A program made the position numbers and the translations under genes. 64,000 bases of DNA, taken from contig OX337229.1 of NCBI GenBank assembly GCA_946965045.2, forward strand, positions 3,906,001 through 3,970,000. Reading direction: 5' to 3'. Of this stretch, positions 22,747-35,791 are shown in pieces; the stretch's first letter is position 1; every line of letters starts with the position of its first letter. Under the pieces are notes generated by a model. It had not been told where the DNA came from, searched no databases, and saw nothing but the letters and a program-made list of their open reading frames with translations. Source of the DNA: Epithemia pelagica. Taxonomy: Eukaryota > Protista > Bacillariophyta.

Positions 22747-23062
22747 ACATGGTGGCTGTCCAAACCGAAACGCTACTCCTACGTGTATTTTGCGTATATT
22801 TACTCATTGATAATCACCTCATTACGTTCCGTTGAACGGCTCGAGTTGCGTAAGGTCGTAAGATTACTCGTAGGCTCTAGAGGTACCCTACAGCTCATTA
22901 TGGCTGTTCATTTTGCAATTTTCAACGCACCTTTATGGTGAAATGTGCCCCCAACTCCCCCATCTCGATCTCGCGGAGTAGAACGGGTGGGTGTCCACGC
23001 TCCAGACACAAGTTACGACATGCGATTGGCCGGGACTTCTGCCTTGGAAACTCCAAGTTCCT

Positions 23063-23132
23063 AAGGACCATGGAGTACATTCAACCTTCCAAAGACCATG
23101 GAGTACATTCAACGTTCAAAGGTTGATGGAGT
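23063..23132 (+). repeat. 28-bp tandem repeat, ~2.5 copies, upstream of zinc-finger gene A
   Basis: aaggaccatggagtacattcaaccttcc / aaagaccatggagtacattcaacgttca / aaggttgatggagt. Confidence 0.75.
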
Positions 23133-23272
23133 TGAGCCATGTTCGATCTATTTTCACCATCACTCCTTTTTGAGATCGCAACATCTCCTAGTTTGCCCAG
23201 GCATGGTTGTCATTCGATTGGCTTATAATGTGAGGCCTGGTCTATTCGTAACCATCACTCCTCGGCAGGACA

Positions 23273-25299
23273 ATGGATGGCAACGCCTCTCACCCATTGG
23301 CAAAACAAGATAATGCGGAAGAGGCAAGCATTGACCATTTCAATGAGGAGACAAAGCTTGGATCTCCTTTGACCTTGGTAAGTAGGCTCTGTGCATCGAT
23401 GGCTGCATCCCCCAAATGTCTCAATATGCTTCTGTTCTTCTCGTTACGTTGCTGACCAAACTACTTCAGTGGTCGCCACGGCCCAGTCCCTTGCTTGCCC
23501 ATGGCACTCGTCAGACTTCCATCACCCGACATGATGATTTGTCTGTCAGTCTGTTTGCCAACTCGTTTGATACAGTGAGTGAACCAGTCCTCCGAGCCAC
23601 CTTTGATCGAGAGCTCCCCTCTACGCCTCGGTCCCCCAAAGGCCGCCGATCCAGTACTTCCCGAACAGACATTGCCATTCCGGATCTGAAACATGGCGGC
23701 ACCGATACGGACTACTCCTTTGGTGACATTTCTCCCATTAAGGTTTCTTACAGCGAAATGCACCACCATCCACAACCACCACCACCACCACCCCACCAAA
23801 CAGCGTATGCGCCACCCATGACAACAACACAGGACACGGCGGTGCATCCAAATGAGATGAACTGGCCCTGTGATAGCAATGGCAACGTTCAGTCACCCGT
23901 ATCCAACCCGTTTTATGTGATTCGCTTTGCGGCCCAGGCTTTTTCACAGGCTCAGATCACATACACATTGCCCTGTTTGCATGGTGTGGAACAATGTCCG
24001 GTGCACATGAACAGTTATGGTCAAATTCGACAGTACAAGCCATCTCGCAAGTGCGCGACTCTCGATGTCAAGATTGCTACCATGAGGGTCGAAGCCGCCA
24101 TTTGTGCCTTTGGTGGAACCTTGAAAAAGCCTCGTCTCCGTGACCCCAAATCCATTTTTCGACTCAAAGAGGAAGAGTCCAAAACACACAGTCGACGTCA
24201 TTACGACCAGACCCTGCCACATCGGTTTGTTCTCAGCGGAAGTCAAATCTCGTGGGACTTTGAAGAAAATCCACCCATCTCCATTCCGCCAGAAGACGAT
24301 ACCTCCACTAGTGGTGGTTCGCGAGAAAACAAGGCTCGACCAAACGACAAGGACGAGTCTTTGGAAGCAAGAGGGAGCAATCCCAACGCAACTTCAGCGA
24401 CTCGTCCGTCACCCACCTCCCTGCCGGATTCTACTATCAACAACAAGATGAAGTACCGATGCAAGCTCTGCGGACAACTCAAAAACAACCATGTGTGTCC
24501 TTACCGTCAACCCTTGCAACGAAGTATCGGCGTCATGGTCTACCCCGCCCTCAATTCCTTTACCGCACTTGAGCCTGGGACTGTTGCTCCTCCTTTGACC
24601 AACATGAACAACTTTGTTTCGTACGATTCCGATCAGACATCCAGTGGACCACAAACTCATGGAGATTTGTTGGAAGCATCGAAAAGCGCCCCCACACAGA
24701 ATGCTGGTACTGGCACCAATCATGCCGGTCATCCCGCAGCAGTCACTCCCGAGGCTCATGCCGGAGCCAGTGGTAACTTTTTTCATTCCCCGCAGTCATC
24801 CTTGTCGAATCACAGTGAAGAAGGCGTTACACAACCACCCCATACCACCACCACAGCAACTGCTGGTACAGTCCGAGACGTAAATGATGACAAGTCTCGC
24901 AAGCGGTTGCACACCCGGTTGGAAGAGGAAACGAACGAACAACACCCAGCCAAACGAGCCCTCTTTGTCACCTCCTTTCCTCTCCGTCCCGAGCATTACC
25001 GGTCCGTCACGCAATCGTCTCGGGACGATTGTCCGACAGCCTACCAGTATCCTACGATTCCCCTCACCTTTGCCGAACGCAAGCGACTGAGCGATACCCT
25101 CTTTGTCCTGTCCAAGGAAATTCCCTCGGTCACGTCGGAGTGTGCCGTCATTTTGCGAGAAGCCCGGGCCAAGAACGAATGGGACATGGCTGTGGCCGAA
25201 CTCTTGACTCAACTGGTTGTGGGTTTGTTTTGTACCGAAGACGATTTGCGACTCGAAGGGCTGCAAAGATACCTTCTCACGTTGGGTATATCCTGTTGA
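23273..25299 (+). CDS. Putative transcriptional regulator A with YRCKLCGQxKxNHVCP finger (intron 23378-23469)
   Basis: Phase-0 GTAAGT...CAG intron joins MDGNASH...TL to WSPRPS; shares several blocks with the downstream paralogue; ends LLTLGISC. Confidence 0.8.
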
Positions 25300-26426
25300 T
25301 TGATTCCTTCAGACGCCTTCTCGTTTCCTGACACAATCGTACCAAAACCATTTGTCATCCATTCAAATATTGTAAAGTCGTTGCATCCTAAATGTAGTTT
25401 TCTTGTCATGGTTCATTGTCAAATCGATTTTTGCATTTTTCCAAGAGTTGAAGATGAGATGTGAGATCGACCGCCGTCGTGTCCCGTGTCGGAGAATCGA
25501 TTCCAAGAATCTCTTGGTGGTGCAGGGCGTGCGTGGTCTGTACATCATCCGAAAGGCTCATGTACAGGAAAATGGGGCAATACAAATCATGCGTTGAATA
25601 GGACTCAACGGTCTAAGTATCAATAAATGCTCGATTTGCTACTGGGAGAAGGAGGGCGGATGGACCCCATACAAAACTCAAGAGTCCCATGCATGAGACT
25701 GGTTTGATCGTATCGTCTGTCCCTCGACCGATAGACCGTATCGTAGAGTTCTACGGGGGACAGGTCCTGGATCATCAAGTGGTTTTAGGCGAGGGTTTTA
25801 ATACAATCTACGGACAGGAAGAATTGGTTACAGACGTGGCGTGCGTGAGGCTTGTGTAAGTGCTCGTGTCAACGCATCCCCCATTCCAAGACGGTCGATC
25901 TCTTGCCCTTCTTCCAAAGAGGGACTCTTGTGAAACGACCCCATCCTTCATACTACTCGAGAAAAGGCATCAGTTGTGCTGAGTTTGTTTGAGCGGTGAA
26001 GTTTGTCCAAACAAGAGAGGTAAGATACATAGGGACGAGCAAAAGGTTTCGCGAAAAAGTGTTGTTGTGTTTGTTTCCGAACGAGAAAGCGCATAGGTGG
26101 AGGTGCTTGCAGGGCAACGGAAGCATTCAGGGCATGCTCATTTTTTCGTTGGTTCTAAAAAGTGTCGGTTGAATCCTCAAGAATCTGGCTTGTGTGTCTC
26201 TGTGCAAGGGTCTAGAGAGAGTTCTGGATCGAGAAGAGAACTGTACACTCTGATTTCGCTTTTCTGTAGGACAAGAAGAAAGCATTCAACTCTGTGATCT
26301 CATTGTTGCATCGCACTTGTTGCCTTGATTGCTTGCTCTCTTTGTGCAACTTTCTCTTTCTCTCTCCATTCGCGTCCCAGTCTGGCAGTGTGCCGTGTGC
26401 ATCTCTGTGGACATTCAACCTTTGCC

Positions 26427-29400
26427 ATGGTGACGTTACGGACATCGAGTGTGGATATTGAGGACCATTCGGGTGGACGAGCTCGAAAAATGCCTCGCGG
26501 TCCTCCCGATGGTGGTGGTGGCGCCATGGGGATGCCGCCACATGCAATCAACGCTGGACCACCACGGGGGCGAGTAGGACCTCCTCCCATGGGAGTCGGA
26601 CCACCACCCATGGCACCCACTGGACCGCGAACGACGGCCACTAGTCGACGAGGAGGAAGGACGAGAGCAAGGTCACCCATTGTTGTGACCAATGGAACTT
26701 CTCCGTCCGCCTCGGCGAGACGTCCAGGATCCACCGAACCCAACATACGACCCAATTCCGTCAATGGCGGAGGGGATCGGAGAGGGATGCATGGGAATCC
26801 AGAAAACCCATCATCGGCGGCTGCGGCAGCTGCAGCAGCCGCCAAAGCCTTTTCGGATAGCAATAATGGAGGACGCACAAGTCAATGGCCCGATCGACAT
26901 GTAGACGAGAGAGGCTATCCTCCCATGGCGCCAGGCTACATGGACAAGGGACCGTACATGCGTGGTTCGAGCAAGAAATGGCCACCCAATCCTCATGAAG
27001 ATCCCAAACTTTCGGGACACTACAGTCAACACACGTACGGCCCCTATGGGGGAGGAGGCGGTGGTGGATACGAGGGTGGCTACCACGGCAATCCCTACGG
27101 CGATAGAAGATACCGTGGAGGTGCCGAACGAGGATCTCATCCACATCATCCTTACAAGGATATGCGAGGAGGCATGGGACCCGATCATCGTGGAGGACCA
27201 CCACCCGAGGCGAGCAGAGGACCCATGTATCATCCTCATCATCATGGAGGTGCTGGCGAGTACCATCATCGAACGTATATGGGAGGGAGTGGTCGTCCCA
27301 CGGATGGCGGAGGACGGAGACCAGGTATGTCAAACCAGGCTCATCCAGGGGGTCCTACACCAAACAACAACAGTACCAACAACAACAACAGTACGTCTAC
27401 GGGGAACAGCAGTAATAACAACAACAACGCCAAAATGGGACGGGGTACTCCCAATCCCAGTGGAACAGCAGGATCATCCACGTCGGGAGGAGGCAAATCT
27501 TTAGTCATTGGAGGAACGACCCCCATTCATGTTCCCAAACCCGATGTCCATCCAGAACTCGCAGAGCAACGACCCAATCGAGCCTTGACGCGATCCGTCT
27601 TTCGAAATTGCGATGACCCAGAAAGCACAATGGCAGCCTCCAATGGCGGCGATGAACTTGTAGTAGGGGACGATGCCAATCCGCAGAAGATTATCATGTC
27701 GTTCAACACCAAGACTCCAACCACTTCGTTTGAGGAAAACAACAAAAAGGGGGAAGACGCGAAGCGATCCGCCTCAGGACAACCTCTCAGTCCCAAAGAT
27801 CCACCCCAGTTGCACAGTACGACACAACAACGAGCATCGGATGTGTTTGAGGTATGTATGGACGCGGGAGCAGTCCATTTGCTATTCCGTTTCATCTCAC
27901 ATTTGTTTCTTTACCCATTCACAGAGGAGCCCTGAAGGAAACAAGAATGAGACCTCGATTGATATAGCACCTTCGTTTACTCTTTTTAACCAATCATTTG
28001 ACAGCCTTGGCGAAAATTATCTGAACGTGGAATCTACTCTCCATGCCGATTCGTTTGGCATGATGCCGACGGCCAGCACGGGCGGTGAAACTGACGGAAT
28101 GACCAATGTTCTGCGAACCGCATTCTCCACTGGCAATAACTCGACACAGTTACTGGCACCATCTGCCTCTGGACACTTGACGATTGGATACAGTCCCGTC
28201 AACTCCTTTGGCACTGCTGCCCCTCCGCGAAGAGATACTTCCACAAGTAACATGATGGTGCTGGGAGGACCCGAAGCAAGGTCGTCAAGCCCGACGCAGG
28301 TGTTTAGCTCGTACAACCAAGCGTACAGTGGGAGTGGCAATCGATCAGGACCATTGGATGACAGCCACCTTCGAATGAGCGTGGGAAGCTTTGGTGCTCA
28401 TTCTTATGGACGTCCTGCTCCCTACGGAGAAACCAGCTCCTCACAACATGGCGGTTATGGTCCGCAAGGAATGGCACCCATGGATAGAAGCCCTGATGAC
28501 GGATCGCCGCATTTTTATGTGTTTCTGAGAAAGTACAAAGTGGCCTTTTCTGGATGCTCCTTTTTGTTACCAGGACTCAAGAATGCACTGCTCGAGAAAG
28601 GAGCGGACAACAACCAGAATGAATCTGACGGAAACGGACCAGATGCGAAGAAACAACCATCCGGATTTCCTCAACTTGGTGAACCTACTCCTCATGATTT
28701 GGTCATTGCAAAGAGACGCGTGGAGAGCTCCATATGCGCCTTTGGTGGAAGTAGCAATGGCAAAGATATGAGCCCCATACCGAACGAACCAGGAAGCAGC
28801 AACATGCAAAGTAGCTCGATTTTTCGTGAACGTGAGAAACCTTCTCCTGAAGAACCAACAGCAACTGTGACTCCTTCCTCATCTGTAGCCTCGCCGCCCC
28901 GACAGTCGTCATCAGCCAAACAAAAGGCGAGGTACGAAGAAGAGCTTCCAGGGCGGTATTACGAGAACGACAGTAGACTGTCGTGGGAGTTTGAAGAAAA
29001 CCCACCTGTGGAGGTTGCACAATCCCGAGATGACCAGAAGGCCGGAAAGAATGGAGCTGAAAGAAGAAACCCGACGAAGTCTTCAGACGACGCAAGTGTT
29101 GCAAGTAAAAGATTGGGCGCATCAAGTCCACCTGCATCAAAAATGAGATACCGATGCAAGTTGTGCGGACAACCCAAGCAAAATCATGTTTGCCCCTTTC
29201 AACAATCATTGGCACGCAGCATCGGGATCAATGTTTATCCGGCTGTAAATGCATTCACTGCGGCAGAGCCAGGATCGATTGCTCCGGCACTCAGTGAGAT
29301 GAACAACTTTACAGATCTCTCAGAAAAAGGATCCGTTGCTAACGAAAGTTCTCCAGGAAGATCGGGTGTTCCTCTTACCTCTCCCAAACAAGTTACTCCA

Positions 29401-29910
29401 GAGTCTGCACGTCCAAGCCCACGTCAGCTCCAGCTTGGATCTCCCCCGACAACTCCGGGACGGACTCCAACAAGGAGTAACACTGGGCCGGTGCGTCGGA
29501 GTGGTCCTTCTCGTGGACAAAAGCGTCCTCATGGCTACGACAACAGGGTTCCTGACGACCAGGGCGACTTGCTCTTCGTTGAGGCTATGGAATTGAAACC
29601 TCAACAATTCCTCTCTGTATCAGAAATATCAGAGTTAAACAGTGCTGATGCATTCTCTTACTACTCCCTGCCTCTTCCGTATGCCCAGCGCAAACGCCTC
29701 AGTGACAACCTTTTCTCGCTCTCGAACGAGATTCCAAAGCTCACAGATGAATGTGCTCAAGTTCTGAGAGAAGCGAGAGAAAAGGACAAATGGGACCTCG
29801 CCGTCGCCGAACTTATGACTCAAGTTATTGTCGTTCTTCACTGTCGGGATGGGGATCACAGATTCGATGGGTTAAGACAGTATTTGTTGACACTGGGAAT
29901 TGCTTGTTAA
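26427..29910 (+). CDS. Putative transcriptional regulator B, paralogue of A with long Gly/Pro/His/Tyr low-complexity N-terminus (intron 27852-27924)
   Basis: Phase-0 GTATGT...CAG intron joins ORFs 26325-27935 and 27673-29910; YRCKLCGQPKQNHVCP; ends LLTLGIAC. Confidence 0.8.
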
Positions 29911-30372
29911 ACAATGCCCTCAGTTCACACTTTCAACAGCGATTTTATGATCGAGGGATTAATAGAGAGTACACAGTTGTTATGGTACTAGCCTTTTGAT
30001 CAGATGAACCTAAAACGTGTTTCGTTCTCCTCATGTTTTGTCCCATCAACGACAGCCTTACAATCACGATCCTTTATACACTCCTCCCAAGTAGTTTCTC
30101 CGTGGAGAATACCATGGGTTTGATAGATGACTATGTTTCGTGACATGTTTGGTCAAAATAAACTTTTTTTTCTGAAGAGAGCTCCTTATACGTTTTCCCT
30201 ATTTACTGATCTAGAATCTAGACCGATGTCCTAAAATCATCGCGTTCCTTTTGAAAGCATAACGGAGCAACAATTTACATTTAACTCATGGCGATTGCAT
30301 GCTCCACACTCGAACACTTTGGATTCTAAGGACGATAGAAAAATATGGCTCACCGTACATGAGGAATTCTCC

Positions 30373-33300
30373 TTAAAACCGACAATCTTTCCAGACATAG
30401 TGCTCCACAATGGCTGCTGCCGAAGGTCGACGAGATGGCTCTGGTGAAAGACAGGCTACGATCAAATCGACAGCAGACACTGACACACCAACATTCAGGA
30501 GATCTTCTCGGAGCGCTTCGACATTGAAATCATTCCAATCCATTATATCCATCAAAGCATTGTGATTCTGACTGATGTCAACTGAATTGTCAAAGGCTGT
30601 CAATGGCCGCCCAACCAAAACCTCGAAGGCAAGTTTTCCGAACCCCCAGCTATCAATCGAGGGAGCAGCAATCAAATCTTCTCTGAATGATACCTTGAGA
30701 CTTGTTGGACTAAGTTTCTCAACGGGGGATATTGCTTCAGGTGGTGCTGCAAAGGCGAACCTCGAAGGATCAAATGGTCTTCCTATTGTTTGGACGCTTG
30801 AAATCCCCGATAGCTTCCATTTGCTTTCGTATTTGCCAATGTTGTCGACGGACAGATCACCATGGACAACACCAAGTGAATGGAGGTGAACAAGACCGTT
30901 GGCAACCATTCTAAGAACAGCAAGAGCTTTCGATGCATACCGTTGTCGGATTTTTGGATCATTTTGGCAGGTCTGGTTCCGAATCATTCCGGCCACGACC
31001 CCAGCGAGGGTGAGCTGCGGGCGCTCTATGCACAGGCAAAATTGCTTTGTCTCGTCAAAGACCTCGTCCCCAAAGTCGCTAATGTCAAATGCAAATACTT
31101 CTTCCACCAGACTGAAATCAAAGTCCAGCTCACGTACAGCGGACGTCTGCAGTAAAGTGATTGTGAGCTTTGGATACTCTGATTTCCCCTTAAGTGAAAA
31201 GTAGATCTTACCTCGGAAGTGTAAAGGATGTTATTTGGGAAAAATTTCAGGAAGACATCTATGCCATCGACAAGTGCATCATCTGGGTAACCAAAATCAA
31301 CTGCTTCAAAGAGCGTGACACCATCTGGTGCAGCGTCCTCCGAAAGTGCCAATTCCGAACGGATTTCAAACCTGCCGAGGAACCGAAGCGAGCACTGCAA
31401 AATTTCTTTGCTTTCTGGTGCAGCACGCCCAAGGAGAGATTCCCCTGCACTGTTTTCCATACACGCAAGCTCGCGAACCTGGGCGACAGAGCATATGCCA
31501 ACGATTTGATCAACAACCTCCACGTAATGGTCATCACAATCACAGGTGATAAACCACCAACTTTCCCCAAAACCAGTTCTTTTCTCCGGAGTTTCCTTGT
31601 TATCAATATCAATTGGAAGGTCAACGAGAACTATTGCCAAAATAACATCCAGCGGAAGAGAGTTCATACAGGCAAGCTGCGAACGACGATTTTAGAAACA
31701 CGATGATACGGTTATAGAAGTACCTGAGTTTCGTACTTACCTCGATCGGTAGCATTCCGTCGTTGTTTCGCACGCATGCAGCTTCCGGTGCGACTTTGAG
31801 CACTGACAATGCTGCCGTTGGGTCTTGATACCTATGGTTAAGAAGAAGATGCAATGCATTGTTGCCAGTGTCATCTGTGAGGAGGCAGGACTGGCTGCCC
31901 GATGGGCCTTGTACCAAGGCATCGATTACCTCCCACCTGGCACCGGTGTGAATAGCACAAAAGAGAGGCGTCTCTCCATCGTCATTTCGAACCATTGTAC
32001 ACTGCAACACATCATCGAGATTAGTCGAGGAATCTGTAGGAGTCTCCGTCGCTTCTGTATCAATTGACATATTTTCAAGTTCTTCCAGCTTCAGCTTATT
32101 CCGGAACCTCACCCCTCTCGGATCTTGGAGCTGTCTTTCAGCTTCATCGAATAGCATAAATATAGCTTCCACACCGACAGGTCCTTTAAGCACGGATGTC
32201 GCAGTATGGATAGGTAAATTCCCTTCGTTGTCTGTGACAGCAATCGCTCCTGGAAAATACGCAAAAATGGTCTGAACTAACTCACGAACTGTTTCCGCGT
32301 CACCGTATCCGGCGGTTCTGGGCGAAGCGCAAGCCAAAAGTGCCAGATGAACTGGGAGCAGACCATCATCATTTCGTACAGTTGCTCCACCCGGGAAACG
32401 ATCACCGAGAAGTTGGACCATTGAAATATTGGCCGATGCAGCTGCCATGTGAAGTGGTAGGTTTCCTTCTTGATCGAATTTATGCACTGACGACGGAAAC
32501 AACCGTACCATACCGACATTAACCTCAAAAGGAGCAACGGCGTGTGAACTTAGCTCCCCAGTTTCAGAAATAACCATCTCCCCAGCGCCAAACAAAGCAA
32601 GTTTGTGCAAGAGATACTGTTTGGTATTCGCATCTGACATCTCTGCCAACCTGGACAAAAAGCTTCGGTGAGAGCACGTGAAGAAAATAGAACATGTTTT
32701 CGGTTGCACGATCTTACCATGGATTAGCCGATATCAGGTATTGAACTTCTTTCCATTGACGATTTTCGATGCATCTTATTGCTTGACGGTGCCTCTTCGT
32801 TATGATCGCTGGTGAAAGAAGCAAATTCTTTATTCTATCTTGATGAAGTGACGAAGCTCCAACATCGCTTTGACCATCGGTGTCAATAATTGATCGATCA
32901 CTAGGTGATGAATCCAGAATACTTGACAAGAGTTCCCCTTTCCTAGACATGAAACTGGAATCCACTTCGCTGTTTGGAGAACGAGAATCGGACTTCGAAG
33001 TAGTCTCAACGCTGTCCCTCTTCCACGAAGATCCTCCCAGCTTATTCAACCCCTTATTGATTGCATCAAACCTGAAGGAAGCATGTGATGAAACATCATC
33101 GCTTTGCGTGTCCCTAATTGTTCGAAAGGCGGAATATGCTCTCAATTCTTCCATTTCATCGTCCTCTCCTTTGTAAAACCGTTTCATAAGGCCCCCGATA
33201 CTTTTTGAAACTGATTTTACAATTTTCCCTACCGGCTTGGAGCGATCGTCTTGTGGTTTTGAACTTTCATCCATCAAGGCACTTTTGCCTAACGTCCTCC

Positions 33301-35791
33301 CCTGGTCTGACTGAGCATTCGTAAGTCCTGCAATCCCCTTGACTGACTGCTCCGTGACAAAGTAGTCCGGGTTGAACGAACGCCTCAAAAGCTGGCCCAG
33401 TTTGAGCTCATCAACGACTCCATCAACGGTGACGATGACCTCTCCATTGGCTTGAGAGGACAGATCCCGAATGCACCGGGACACAAACAACGATGCTGTC
33501 TCTTCTCCAATTGGTTCCATCGGCAGATGTTTCATGTCTGAACTATCATTGTCGTTTCGACTTCTTCTCGAACCTGCCACGCGGCGCATTTGTGCAAGGG
33601 CTAGGGGACTTTGGGCTTGTTGCAAAAAGGAACCATCATTGTTTTGCTGTGATGCTGAGGCAAGATATCTTTGCATGAGATTGGCTATCACCGAAACTTC
33701 GAGCGTTCCTTCGGGTGTAACGAGTTGTTCCACGGTCGATGCATGCTGAATGCGAGAGATAAGATCTTCCACCAGCACGGTTCGACGAGCTCTTGTTTTA
33801 GCAGCGTGATCTTCCACTGGATCAGCCGAAGCCAAAGAGGCCTCGAAAAACCGGACAAAATGAGAGCAAACACGACTCTCGTACTCCTTCTTATCGAAGT
33901 TTCCTCCGTAAAAGCTACGAATGGCTGAAACTGATGAATCGCGCAACGTCAAAACAGTGCGGAACAACGCAGGTTCTTCATTATGTGATTTCTCATGCTC
34001 ATCTGGTTGGACACCGCAATTTTGAACCAAAAAGTGCTTCGTCAACTCTTCAACTTCAGAAGGAATATCATCATGAAAGGTCGAAGAACGTTTCATCAGT
34101 GCTTCGATCTCTGTGCTATAGTCAACTGCTAGTTGATCGGAAATCGAAACAATGTGGTCATGGTTGTTGAGGTTGGATTCTTCATAGAATGCGTTGCGGC
34201 TGAACGACAATGTAGCCAAAGATTCCAAGTCTTCGACTTGCCGCACCATTTCCTCATCAACACCAGTAGCCTCGGAAAGGTATCGGGTAACCATATCCCC
34301 AAATGCCGTTTTGTTTAAAGTGCCGTCAGTGTCCAAGATATGAGTTTCCTTGTCTTCGTCACCGCTCCCATTCAAGTTTGACGTTATGACATGCGCGAGT
34401 TCAGAAACTTTGCTCGACTCCCGGAACTGGGATCCAACGTGTCCACCATCCCTTTTCGCTTTACCGTGGCCTGTTTCCAACAAATACTGGTTGACCAATC
34501 TCGCAAAGGCTGCCTTTTGTAGTTTTCCATCCACCGCTACGAGCTCTTCCTGTCTCATCTTAATTGCATTTTCAATGAAGGCTGCAAATTTGGTAACAAA
34601 CCCTCCCCTCCTGGATGACTTTTGTTGTATCGGTGATTCAAAATCCTTTGCAAAAGCTTTCACATTGACTCGAGGACTGTCTTCGCCAAGGTAAAGCGCT
34701 CTGAGTCGATCGGTGACACCCGGATCAAGTTCCTCCATTTCTTTTAACAGCTGAGGGTCAATAGCGTTCATCACAGAGTCAAGTTGTTCTTTCGTTTGTT
34801 GACGCATGAAGGCGGCTGTACGAGAGCGAACAAGATTTCCATTAACAGCATTTTCATCATTAGCAGGATGTTGATCTTCCTCTTCTTCTCCCAACTTCGC
34901 CGGAAGGAAATATTTGGAGAGCTTCATGGTTGGTACGTTCATGGCCAAATCTTCCGGAAGTGGGGAACGTAATCGATGCTGAAATTCCGTAACGATATCT
35001 TTGAATCGTTTGCGAGCGGGTGAAGCACTGGTTTTTTTCATGTCAAACTCATGGGTCGGTTCGCGGAGCCCTTCAATAGGATGACCTTCACGGTTAGACA
35101 TGCCGCGTCCTTCATCAGCATTGTAGTAGAATGACCAACGGGCATGATGAGGATTGTGTGGTTTATGATGAGATCCCATCATTTTCATTGCTGAGTAATC
35201 GAGGGATTCCATTGATTGAGCTCCCTCTGGTCGCGTCCAAATTCGGGTGGGGGTTTCAATGACATGCCTTGGCTTTTGAGAAGCTTCCAAATTTTTCATC
35301 ATGGAATGGAAGGCAGCTTCAAACCTTCGCACTTGATCCGCTTCTTTAGCACTACGAAAGTTTCTTCTTCTCTTTCTTCGACGCTTCTGAAAGGATTCTT
35401 CCGCAAAAATAGATTCCAGAGCTTCATCCTCATTGTCGGAGGACGCGCTCGTTCTGGTTCCCCATCGATCACCTCCTGCAAATCCCCGTCTTTCAATTTC
35501 TTCTTTCCGTTTGGCTAGTTTGCGTTTAGAGACACGCAGAAGAGCTCTTCTACCACGAGACACTTTGGGCTTAGGACGTCTACGCTTCTGTTCCGAGCAA
35601 GACGAGGATGACTCCTCCGTCGTGTTGCCGTCTTCTGAAAAGGCTCCCTCTACATCTCGAACATTGAGAGGTTGCTGATAGATCTTTTCGACTGCCACTT
35701 TGACACGGCTTGCTCGACTTTTGAAATGAAACCCGGCCCACCGAAGTTGTGCCTCCGTGGGCCGGACTATGTTTTGTTGAGCATCCGTCAT
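30373..35791 (-). CDS. Large multidomain protein: coiled/low-complexity N-terminus, ankyrin repeats, C-terminal degenerate kinase domain (introns 32651-32716, 31677-31740, 31147-31211)
   Basis: Three GTAAG...CAG introns join four ORFs in frame; ankyrin motifs GNLPLHMAA, GLLPVHLA, GNLPIHTA, GETPLFCA, GNNALHLL; kinase-like VVHGDLSVDNI and IDSWGFG. The 5' end is uncertain. Confidence 0.8.
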
